In this document: positions 47,918-56,235 of the stretch, in pieces | Layout: each line of letters starts with the position of its first letter | Numbering within the stretch: the first letter of the stretch is position 1 | Assembly: GCA_963674705.1 (NCBI GenBank) | Contig: OY771506.1 | Coordinates: 480,001-544,000 of the forward strand | Length of the DNA stretch: 64,000 bases | From: Phycisphaeraceae bacterium | GTDB taxonomy: Bacteria > Planctomycetota > Phycisphaerae > Phycisphaerales > Phycisphaeraceae | Direction: 5' to 3' | Made by a program: the position numbers and the translations under genes | The notes under the pieces: model-generated | The model's database searches: none | The model's input: the letters and a program-made list of their open reading frames with translations, nothing else | Told to the model about the DNA's origin: nothing

Positions 47918-49492
47918 TTAATCGAGGCCTGTATTTTCATTCGGCGGCATCTCGCAAACAACACGGAAGCCGACCCATCTTGCATTTACATACCACCACT
48001 GGCTCTTGGGTTCGTTCGGATAATCGCGGTTCCATTCGTCCTGGTCTTCCACGATCCGCCCGACGATTAGCTCATTCAGCGGCGATTCGAAATGACCGCC
48101 GCGTACGACACGCTCATCGCCGGTGCCCGTGACCCACTCAGCCACGTTGCCGGCTAAATCATAGATGCCCAGGCTGTTCGGTTCACGTTTGCCGATCTGC
48201 GTCGTCGCCCAATCGCCGATATCGTCGTCCCAGGCGTTATCTGTATAGGTCGCAACCCGATCGGCCTGCTCGGTGGAAGCCGGAGGGGAAAGCTCGCCGC
48301 CCCCTGCCGTGACGACCCGCTCCCACTCCGCTTCGGTCGGCAGACGATACGTCCTGCCGGTCTGCTTACTTAGCCACTTGCAGTACAACTCCGCGGATAG
48401 CCGGGACATGCCCAGTGCAGGTCGGCGGTACATCCCGAAGTTGCGGTCGACCGTGCCATAAGGCGAACTCGGCCGCAGCTTCAACGCACGCTCTTCCCCG
48501 ACCTCGGCCTCATCCTCAAGGTCATTGCCCTGCACCCAGGGCATAAACTCGTCCCAGGTCACTTCGTGCTTACCGATATAGAACGCCTGACTGTTGCTGT
48601 CGGGTTCGGCAGGCACCAGCGCCATATCGAACTGGACCTGTGTGGTTGGGATCGTTTCCGTAAATGATTCAGGCCAATCGGTTGTATCGATCGTAGTATC
48701 GGTTGATGTAGTTTCGTTGCCATTGGTTGCAGATGTATTCTCAACAACCGTATCGCTTGATTCCGCAGCATCCAAGGGTACTTCGATCCGCAACCTGACC
48801 GCGACGTTGTCTGCGATGTCTTCATTGGTCAGCAGGAGACCCAATATGCCTTCTTCTTTCAGCTCAACATCAAATGCGTGACGGTCCAGGCTGAATTCGC
48901 TGCTAACGATGAGTAAGTTTTCGGTGTGTTCAATGGTGACCGGAAACTCGATGTGCTTGGTAATGCCGTTGAGTGTGAATTCACCGGAGACAACCGTGGT
49001 ATCCTTTGCAGCTTCATCCGTAGCATCATCGGCAGGCTTATCAATGAACCCGCCTTGGAAAGTTGCCCACGGATGCTGCTCCGGCCGAAAGAATCCCGCG
49101 GTTAACAGCGCCTCGGTAAGTTGATCGTGTTCAGACCAAAGCGAGTCGATCCGAGCTTTGGCATCGAGCCAACGCGGTCGGCTGGTCGACGCATCTATAC
49201 CAAGTGTTCCTTCGATTTCGCTATCGAATTTTCCGCTCCACCCGCCACGCACAACAAGTGTTTTCCCGGCGACGGTCTTGGCACATGAAAAACTGACCGT
49301 GGTGTTCTGCGCAGACAGATCAAGACGTCGGTCCGAATCATCTAAAAGTGTCGCAAAAGTGGGAGCTTTTGTGTCACCGATGTGCGCAGAGGTCATCACA
49401 CGGGCCTCATCGTGCGCATTGGGATATAGCACGTACGCTAAACCGGTAAGACCGATCAACATGACAAAAACAATGACAACTTTCTTCATCAT
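47918..49492 (-). CDS. Membrane-anchored YceI-like + FGE-sulfatase (SUMF1-fold) fusion
   Basis: N-terminal TM; YceI-like FF.PEQHP.ATF, GEFTLNGITK and FSLDR..F; FGE-fold HEVTWDEF, RLPTEAEWE, PN.LGIYDLAGNVAEW, RGG and GFR. Confidence 0.82.
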   Translation of the reverse strand: MMKKVVIVFVMLIGLTGLAYVLYPNAHDEARVMTSAHIGDTKAPTFATLLDDSDRRLDLSAQNTTVSFSCAKTVAGKTLVVRGGWSGKFDSEIEGTLGIDASTSRPRWLDAKARIDSLWSEHDQLTEALLTAGFFRPEQHPWATFQGGFIDKPADDATDEAAKDTTVVSGEFTLNGITKHIEFPVTIEHTENLLIVSSEFSLDRHAFDVELKEEGILGLLLTNEDIADNVAVRLRIEVPLDAAESSDTVVENTSATNGNETTSTDTTIDTTDWPESFTETIPTTQVQFDMALVPAEPDSNSQAFYIGKHEVTWDEFMPWVQGNDLEDEAEVGEERALKLRPSSPYGTVDRNFGMYRRPALGMSRLSAELYCKWLSKQTGRTYRLPTEAEWERVVTAGGGELSPPASTEQADRVATYTDNAWDDDIGDWATTQIGKREPNSLGIYDLAGNVAEWVTGTGDERVVRGGHFESPLNELIVGRIVEDQDEWNRDYPNEPKSQWWYVNARWVGFRVVCEMPPNENTGLD

Positions 49493-49568
49493 AAAACGTC
49501 GAGTGACCGATCCGAGGATGAATATTATTTCTGTTGTTGGGGGCCGAATCGAACATTACCATGTCGGC

Positions 49569-50555
49569 ATGTTCGATCGCTCCCCCGTTATCTACTTTCT
49601 GACGGCAATACTAGTGCTTGCCATGGTGAGCGTCAAAGAATCGCAAGCAGAGGCGCCAGAAATATTTAGTCCGCATTTGATCCGGGTCGAGGTCCGGCAA
49701 TCTCACATGGGGATGCCTGTTTTTCTGCGGGTTTATGCCGAAGATGAGGCGGCCGGACAACGTGCCTGCCAGGCAGCATTTAAGCGGATCGCCGAGTTAA
49801 ATATGGTGCTTTCGGATTACGAGCCGGACTCCGAATTATCTCGCTTATCCGCCGGTTCGGGAACTGGGAAGGTTCCGGTTTCGCCTGAATTATTAACGGT
49901 GCTGGTGCAGGCGAAAAGTATCGCTGAACAAACCGAAGGCCTGCTCGATCCTACTGCCGGGCCGGTGATTCGAGTTTGGCGCAAAGTCCGCACCACAAAA
50001 CAACTACCCGATCAAAACACGATCGCTGAAGCGCTTAAACACGTCGGTTATTCAAATCTGCGATTGGATGAATCCAAACGAGAAGTTGAACTGACGCTTG
50101 ATGATATGCGGCTCGATCTAGGTGCGATTGCCAAGGGACATGTTGGCGATGAAGCGATCAAGTGCTTACGCGAGTTGGGGTATCCGATCGCGATGTTCGA
50201 GGCGGGCGGCGATATGGTGTTCGGCGATCCGCCGCCGGGCGAAGAAGGCTGGCTGGTTAAGCCGGCATATGATGGGCTACCCGAGTTAAGGCTGGCCAAT
50301 ACGGCCGCGGCGATCTCCGGCAATACCGTGCAATTCGTCGAGATCGACGGCAAAAGCTACGGCCACATCATCGACCCGCGCACCGGGTACCCGATCACCA
50401 CGCGGCATGTCTGCCTGGTCGCCGCCGCCAGCGGCCTGTCGGCTGACCCATTAGCGACACTGGGTACGATTATGGATGAAACGGCATATTACAAACTACT
50501 GGAAGTACATTATCCTGACACCCGGGCGTGGATTGTTACACTAGAAGAGAATTGA
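49569..50555 (+). CDS. apbE: FAD:protein FMN transferase, secreted
   Basis: Signal peptide; LSDYEPDSELSRL, LDLGAIAKG, GGD and GHIIDPRTG motifs; start uncertain (49518 or 49569). Confidence 0.88.
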   Translation: MFDRSPVIYFLTAILVLAMVSVKESQAEAPEIFSPHLIRVEVRQSHMGMPVFLRVYAEDEAAGQRACQAAFKRIAELNMVLSDYEPDSELSRLSAGSGTGKVPVSPELLTVLVQAKSIAEQTEGLLDPTAGPVIRVWRKVRTTKQLPDQNTIAEALKHVGYSNLRLDESKREVELTLDDMRLDLGAIAKGHVGDEAIKCLRELGYPIAMFEAGGDMVFGDPPPGEEGWLVKPAYDGLPELRLANTAAAISGNTVQFVEIDGKSYGHIIDPRTGYPITTRHVCLVAAASGLSADPLATLGTIMDETAYYKLLEVHYPDTRAWIVTLEEN

Positions 50556-50577
50556 CTTACCACATGGAGCTTGCATC

Positions 50578-51528
50578 ATGATCGATCGTCGCAGTTTCAT
50601 CGCCGCCGGGCTGGCTTCCGCCGCCGGCATCACCGCCGCCGCCACCAATACCGCCCAGGGACAGGACACGAAAGAGGACAAGATGCCCAGCGAGTCATCA
50701 AACAGCGCAACGCCCTTCAAGATGAAGTACGCCCCCCACTTCGGCATGTTCAAGGAGCACGCGGGTGATGACCTGGTCGCACAATTGAAGTTTGCTAAAA
50801 GCGTCGGCTTCCACGCGTGGGAAGACAACGGCATGATGGGCCGCGACGTCGCCACACAGGAAAAGGTCGCTGCGGCCATGAGCGATCTTGGCATGGAGAT
50901 GGGTGTGTTCGTCGCACATGCTGAATGGCGTGAACCGATCTACGTCAAGGGTGGCGCTGATGCTCGCAAGAAGCTTCAGGATCAGATGCGCCAAGCGGTC
51001 GAAGTTGCCAAGCGTGTGAATGCGAAGTGGTGCACGGTCGTACCCGGGCCTTATGTGAACAACATGGAATGGGATTACCAGACAGCAAACGTCGTCGACT
51101 GCCTGCGTGCGATGGCGGAGATCTGCGAGCCTAGCGGTCTTGTCATGGTGCTTGAGCCGTTGAATCCATGGGCGAACCACCCGGGTATGTTCCTGAGCAA
51201 GGTGCCCCAAGCTTATGCGATCTGCGAAGCGGTCAACTCACCAAGCTGCAAGATTCTTGATGACCTGTATCACCAGCAAGTCACCGAGGGGAACCTGATC
51301 CCGAACATTGATATGGCATGGAAGCACATTGCGTATATCCAGCTTGGTGATAACCCCGGCCGAAAGGAACCCTGGACCGGCGAGATCAACTACCGCAACA
51401 TCTTTGCCCACCTCAACAAGAAAGGCTTCGACGGCATCATCGGCATGGAACACGGCCTAAGCCAAGGCGGTAAGGAAGGTGAGCAGAAGCTGATTGATGC
51501 GTATCGCAAGTGCGATGACTTTGCTTGA
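50578..51528 (+). CDS. Tat-exported hydroxypyruvate-isomerase-like TIM barrel protein
   Basis: DRRSFI signal; LEPLN, DLYHQQVTEGN, DNPGRKEP.TGEINY and GMEH motifs. Confidence 0.88.
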   Translation: MIDRRSFIAAGLASAAGITAAATNTAQGQDTKEDKMPSESSNSATPFKMKYAPHFGMFKEHAGDDLVAQLKFAKSVGFHAWEDNGMMGRDVATQEKVAAAMSDLGMEMGVFVAHAEWREPIYVKGGADARKKLQDQMRQAVEVAKRVNAKWCTVVPGPYVNNMEWDYQTANVVDCLRAMAEICEPSGLVMVLEPLNPWANHPGMFLSKVPQAYAICEAVNSPSCKILDDLYHQQVTEGNLIPNIDMAWKHIAYIQLGDNPGRKEPWTGEINYRNIFAHLNKKGFDGIIGMEHGLSQGGKEGEQKLIDAYRKCDDFA

Positions 51529-51541
51529 TTCACAATTGTGA

Positions 51542-52966
51542 TCAACCCACTGCTTTTATCGGGAACAACCTGCCAATCATGACTACCAGGCCGGACACGC
51601 CAACGGTAGTTAGTGCGCCAGCGACCGCCCAGTGTGTCTGTCCAGTGAAGTTGCCGTAGGCGAAGACAGGCAATCCGATGCCGATCGACATCAGGATGCC
51701 GTAGAACACTGCACGTTCGGGCAATCGTTGCCAGATCAGTGAGAACACGGTCGGCAGGAGCGTCGAGGCGCGGAGTGTGCCGTAGAAGAGGAACAGGTAC
51801 AGCACTTTCAAGCCGGGGGTATTCGCCAGCCCGATCCCGGCAAGCGCCAGTAACACCATACTGATGCGTGCATATCGAACGATCCTGCGGTCGTCGGCGA
51901 TATGGCTTTGCGACAGATCATGTCCGGCCAGGCTTGATATCGCACAGAGATTTGAGTCGAGTGTTGAGACCAGGCCCGACAGCAACATAAAGACGAAGGG
52001 GAACATTACCCATGCCGGGAGGTAGTGGCGGACAGCCAGAACGTTCACCTGTTCGTTGGCTTGTGTTTCCAGACCGCTACCACGTGCGACAAAACCCAGT
52101 ACCGATAGAGATAACGGGACTATCGCAAAGATTAACGCGCCAAGGATGAAAGCCGGGGCAACCCGTTTTTCCTTGATGCCGAACGCACGCTGCCAGAAGG
52201 ATTGATCCCCGAACGGCCCAGCCAGCAGACCAATCGTGACGGGGATGCCGAAGCTGTAAGAGATCCATGCTCCTTTACCTGTAAACAGACTATTGATATC
52301 ACCTTGCGGTCCATTTAATCCATCAAGTAATGATTGAGTGCCCGATTTCATTAATACCCAAGGCACAACGACCGCGCTGACTGCAAGGATCACGATCATC
52401 TGAACAAAGTCCGTCACGACCGAGGCGCGTAGGCCGTTTAATAACGAATAGAGCAGTGCGATACCGGCAAGCGAGAACGTAACCGACCAGAACGGCACGC
52501 CGCACAACAGCGATATCACTTTGCCGCCCGCGAGTAACTGCACCGCGAACGAACAGATCGCCAGGCCGCCGAGTTGGAAGCCATAAAGTATCTGTACGCG
52601 CTTGGAGTATCGGCTGCGCATGTAGTGCGATAGCGTGAAACCTTCGGGCAACAGCCGCCTCATACGCGCGGCGAAGAATGCAAAGATGATCAGACATGCA
52701 ACGTTCGGCACGGTAAACCAGAACAAGCCCACCCAGCCCTGGCTGTATGCACGCTCGCTTGCGATAAACAAGGCCGGCGCCCAGATCCACGTAGCTGCTA
52801 TTGAAAAAGCAGCGCCCCAAACGCCCAGCTTACGGCCCGCAACTAGGAATTGCTCCTTAGACAGAACATCATGTCGGCCCGACCACCATGCGAGTAATAG
52901 CATCAGCCCGCCATACGTCGCGACGATGCCCCAGCCTTGCAGGGTTGTCATTACCGGCTCATTCAC
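51542..52966 (-). CDS. Sodium:solute symporter (SSS) family transporter
   Basis: About 13 TM helices; FLVAGR, SIAATWIWAPAL, GLRASVVTD.VQ, DQSFWQRAF and STLDS motifs. Confidence 0.88.
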   Translation of the reverse strand: MNEPVMTTLQGWGIVATYGGLMLLLAWWSGRHDVLSKEQFLVAGRKLGVWGAAFSIAATWIWAPALFIASERAYSQGWVGLFWFTVPNVACLIIFAFFAARMRRLLPEGFTLSHYMRSRYSKRVQILYGFQLGGLAICSFAVQLLAGGKVISLLCGVPFWSVTFSLAGIALLYSLLNGLRASVVTDFVQMIVILAVSAVVVPWVLMKSGTQSLLDGLNGPQGDINSLFTGKGAWISYSFGIPVTIGLLAGPFGDQSFWQRAFGIKEKRVAPAFILGALIFAIVPLSLSVLGFVARGSGLETQANEQVNVLAVRHYLPAWVMFPFVFMLLSGLVSTLDSNLCAISSLAGHDLSQSHIADDRRIVRYARISMVLLALAGIGLANTPGLKVLYLFLFYGTLRASTLLPTVFSLIWQRLPERAVFYGILMSIGIGLPVFAYGNFTGQTHWAVAGALTTVGVSGLVVMIGRLFPIKAVG

Positions 52967-52975
52967 TTACGCACC

Positions 52976-54718
52976 TCATATCGCCTCCCCCTCCTCGACC
53001 ATCCGCCGCCATATCTCGAACGTGATTAACATCCATAAACGCAGGCCGTATCGACCCCTACCCTCTTCGGTTTCGTAGCTTAGTAATTGCTTGACACGTT
53101 CGGCATCGAAGATGCCACGATCTTTGATCCGTGTGGGGTGCAATATTTTGCGTGCGTAGCGTTTCATTTCGCCTTGGAACCAGAAGTGTACGGGGACGCG
53201 CATCCCGCTCTTAGGCCGATCGATCACACTCTTTGGTAGTTGATCACGATAAGCACGTTTGAGTACGACTTTCTCGATGCCGCGGTCCAGTTTCAAACGC
53301 GTCGGCATACGGAAGCTTAACGTGATCAAACGGTCATCAAACAGCGGAGACAACGGCGTGATCCCCCACGCCCCGAGCATGCGTTCGACCTTCGGCAGGA
53401 TCAGGTGTGCGCCCTTTAGCCTGATATTCGCTGCGGTCATTTTGTTCACGAACAGCAAAGGTTTCCGGCAATCAAAGAAGGGAGTCATCACACATTCAAG
53501 CGCTTCCGTGCGATCGAATTGAGAGCGAAACTCGGGCGAGAGCATCAGGTCGACTTCTTTGTATGCTCGCCTGTATGAAGCAAGGTAAGCACGTTCGCGG
53601 AATAGCGGATCGCGTTCGATCCCGCCGTACCAATGTTGAAGCAGCATAGGCAAGTTTTTTGGCCCGCCGAAGAGAGGATCGCCACCCTCGCCGTTGAATA
53701 CCCATCGTGACTCCTGTGATACACGCCGGCTCAATTCGAAGTTCGGCATCGTGATCGGGTCGCCGATCGGCTCATCGAGATGCCAGACCATCTGCCTAAG
53801 TCTTGGCAGGAAGTCGCGAGGCTCCATCAGCACCTCTTCATGATCTGTCCCGACTTGCTCAGCAACAGCGCGGGCAAATTCTAATTCGCTTGGATACTTC
53901 TTACCGAAGTGGATCGCGAAACTGCGGATCGGCTTATCCGTGAGGCGTTTGAGTTCGGCCGCGACCACACTCGAATCGATCCCACCGGAGAGGTAAACCG
54001 CAAATGGTTCGTTCACGGGCATGCGATCAGATACTGCTTGTGCGAATGTCTCGTGAAACCGTTTTATCCATGCTTCATCTTCGCTTGGCGGTGGTTGTTC
54101 TTCCGGTTCAGCCGATTCGAAGTGAAAGTAACGATTGAGCCCGACCCGGCCGTCTTCATGTATGGTCAGATAAAACCCGGCGGGTAACTCTTCGATATCG
54201 GCAAGCATTGTTGCTGCACCGGGCACGAAGCTGAAGGTGAGATACTGCGCTACCGCGCTTGGCCTGACCTTGCGCGGGAAGCCGGGCAACAACCAGATGC
54301 CTTTCGGTTCGCAGGCGAACAGGAAGCGCCCGGCATGTTTTGCGTAATAAACCGTCCGTGCTCCCGCGCCGTCACGGACAAGATGAAGCGTTCGACCATC
54401 CTGAATCGCAAGGACGAACGCACCGGATAAGTCTTCAACGAAGCCGATACCCTTTTGTTTGTAAAGGCGTATCAGGTCATGGGCAGGATTGTTTAAAAAC
54501 ACCTGTCCTGCAACACTGATCGTCAAGTCACCATCTTGATGAACGCCACAGACGCAACGCTGGCGATTCGACTCATCAAACAAGTCCATATAGCCAACGT
54601 GCGTATGGTGATGTTGCTGGTTGTAGACAGGATCTAGGCCACGGTGTTGCATGACCGAGGCCATCGCAGACAAGAGGCGGTCATCCGGTGAACCAACGTA
54701 ACCGAAAACGATGCTCAT
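52976..54718 (-). CDS. Asparagine-synthase-like ATP-dependent amide ligase lacking the N-terminal catalytic Cys
   Basis: GAFVLAI, VRDGAG.RTVYY, LSGGIDSS PP-loop, GEGGDPLFGG and RPKSG motifs; N-terminus is MSIVFG rather than MCGI. Confidence 0.88.
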   Translation of the reverse strand: MSIVFGYVGSPDDRLLSAMASVMQHRGLDPVYNQQHHHTHVGYMDLFDESNRQRCVCGVHQDGDLTISVAGQVFLNNPAHDLIRLYKQKGIGFVEDLSGAFVLAIQDGRTLHLVRDGAGARTVYYAKHAGRFLFACEPKGIWLLPGFPRKVRPSAVAQYLTFSFVPGAATMLADIEELPAGFYLTIHEDGRVGLNRYFHFESAEPEEQPPPSEDEAWIKRFHETFAQAVSDRMPVNEPFAVYLSGGIDSSVVAAELKRLTDKPIRSFAIHFGKKYPSELEFARAVAEQVGTDHEEVLMEPRDFLPRLRQMVWHLDEPIGDPITMPNFELSRRVSQESRWVFNGEGGDPLFGGPKNLPMLLQHWYGGIERDPLFRERAYLASYRRAYKEVDLMLSPEFRSQFDRTEALECVMTPFFDCRKPLLFVNKMTAANIRLKGAHLILPKVERMLGAWGITPLSPLFDDRLITLSFRMPTRLKLDRGIEKVVLKRAYRDQLPKSVIDRPKSGMRVPVHFWFQGEMKRYARKILHPTRIKDRGIFDAERVKQLLSYETEEGRGRYGLRLWMLITFEIWRRMVEEGEAI

Positions 54719-55191
54719 TCGCCCCCGTCCGATGTCGATTCAAGATAATGGAGCATGGCCTTTGCCTCAGGTGCAAGTGAGCCATCAGGGTGTTCCGCCA
54801 ATGATCGGAATCGCGCGACAGCCTCATCCGACTTGCCTTCCCACAGATCGATCATGGCAAGTTTGTACTCGCTCTTGTGGGCCTCGAGAGAGCCGGGATA
54901 TGTTTGGATAACGGATTCGAAAGCGGATCGTGCCGAGACAAGATCATCCATGCCAAGGTAAGCCTTGGCGATGAAAAACTGCGCCCGGCTGGCATCCGCA
55001 TGATTGGGATGCTGCTGCTGGAAGGTCTGCAGTTTCGGGATCGCCTCGGCGTATTTGCCTTGCGTAACTAACAGCCTGGCAGCATCGAACTCACGCGAAG
55101 CCTGACCGCCCCGCGGCTTTGCGCAGGCAGGAATGCTGACCATCATGAGTATCAGCAACAGTATGGATAGATAGTGTTTGTGATCAGCCAT
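54715..55191 (-). CDS. TPR (CpoB/BamD-like) putative lipoprotein
   Basis: Hydrophobic signal ending IPAC; TPR-like repeats (YAEAI..L..F..QHP, AQFFIAKAY, AFESVIQTYPGS); overlaps both neighbours. Confidence 0.78.
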   Translation of the reverse strand: MADHKHYLSILLLILMMVSIPACAKPRGGQASREFDAARLLVTQGKYAEAIPKLQTFQQQHPNHADASRAQFFIAKAYLGMDDLVSARSAFESVIQTYPGSLEAHKSEYKLAMIDLWEGKSDEAVARFRSLAEHPDGSLAPEAKAMLHYLESTSDGGE

Positions 55192-56161
55192 ATCCAAAGA
55201 ATCCTGATGAATCTTCTGCCATTGCACGGCGTTCCAACACTTCCTGGATCGCGACCTGTTCCATAATCGCTGGTGTGATCAATCCCGCCAGCGCTGCGGT
55301 TGGGATCATGCTGACCCTGTTGGCATACGACGGTTCTTTACGGTGTACCAATTTGAGCACACCGATATTCTGAGTATCTGATTCGTGCAATCCAAGATCC
55401 ATGATACGATCCATCGGCACGGTAATTGGCAGTTCATCTTGCATCGCACGACCGGATGGTGTCGCATCATGTAACAGGTAAACCGGTAAGTCATCACGTT
55501 CCAGCACCAACTGCTGTGCACGTTCGGTGATATACCACGGGTAGCCGGAGGCCGAGAGTACCAGGGCTTTCATCTCGGCGTGCATGTTGTTCAGGACAAA
55601 CTCATCGACCATCAGATCGTGCTGAACAATCAGGATACATTCCACGCCATAGTCGTAGATGTCGGGCTCCTCGTAATCGGGTGGTGGATCGTTCAGTCTC
55701 GGTTCGGTGATGAGTTTGTCCAGCGGACCGCGCTCGTCGATCCACTTTTTCAAGGCGTAATCCACAACCCTGCGCTTGGGCAAGTTGTATCGCAGGTGCC
55801 CAACGCCGATTAATCCCACCACCAGACTTATAAAGCAACCAAATACAAAACCCCCGATTGGTATTTGGCCGGTTAGAAATGTGATCCATACAAGATATAG
55901 AAGCCCGAGAGTAGCGATAATAATGGCAGCGATGCCGATGACAGGTCGCCTTTTACTTGCCCACAATCGGCAGCATGTGGTAAAGAACTGATCGGCGGTG
56001 AAGTAAGCAGTGTCGCCCCGGCTGGCGCGACGGACACAGGCGAGAAACTTCCCATCGGTCCAGCCGTCATGCGTATCGGGACGAAACAGGAACATGTAGC
56101 CACAGGAGCACAAGTTCCCTGCTTTCTTCTTATGATTCGTACCGCATGACGGACAACGCAT
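55184..56161 (-). CDS. Zn-ribbon + 2 TM + degenerate TOPRIM-like domain protein
   Basis: CPSC...CSCG; two hydrophobic helices; ILIVQHD, VLSASGYP, PVYLLHDATPSG and DLGL resemble the Topo VI-A/Spo11 TOPRIM pattern. Confidence 0.7.
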   Translation of the reverse strand: MRCPSCGTNHKKKAGNLCSCGYMFLFRPDTHDGWTDGKFLACVRRASRGDTAYFTADQFFTTCCRLWASKRRPVIGIAAIIIATLGLLYLVWITFLTGQIPIGGFVFGCFISLVVGLIGVGHLRYNLPKRRVVDYALKKWIDERGPLDKLITEPRLNDPPPDYEEPDIYDYGVECILIVQHDLMVDEFVLNNMHAEMKALVLSASGYPWYITERAQQLVLERDDLPVYLLHDATPSGRAMQDELPITVPMDRIMDLGLHESDTQNIGVLKLVHRKEPSYANRVSMIPTAALAGLITPAIMEQVAIQEVLERRAMAEDSSGFFGYG

Positions 56162-56235
56162 CGTTCACCCCCTTCCCGGATGATGCGGACAGTATACCGG
56201 ACATCAACAGGACGGGAGCCACAGCGAGGTCACGA

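Noticed and set aside
47918..48600. FGE domain as sulfatase-maturation enzyme or DGR target
   Set aside because: Catalytic cysteines are absent, and no reverse transcriptase or template repeat is seen in the window
49158..49568. Long N-terminal extension of the second ApbE in the ORF track
   Set aside because: It overlaps the divergent gene 47918-49492; a signal peptide begins at 49569
52976..54718. Lasso peptide biosynthetic cluster
   Set aside because: No B1/B2 (PqqD-like or transglutaminase-like) gene and no plausible precursor ORF in the tight intergenic gaps
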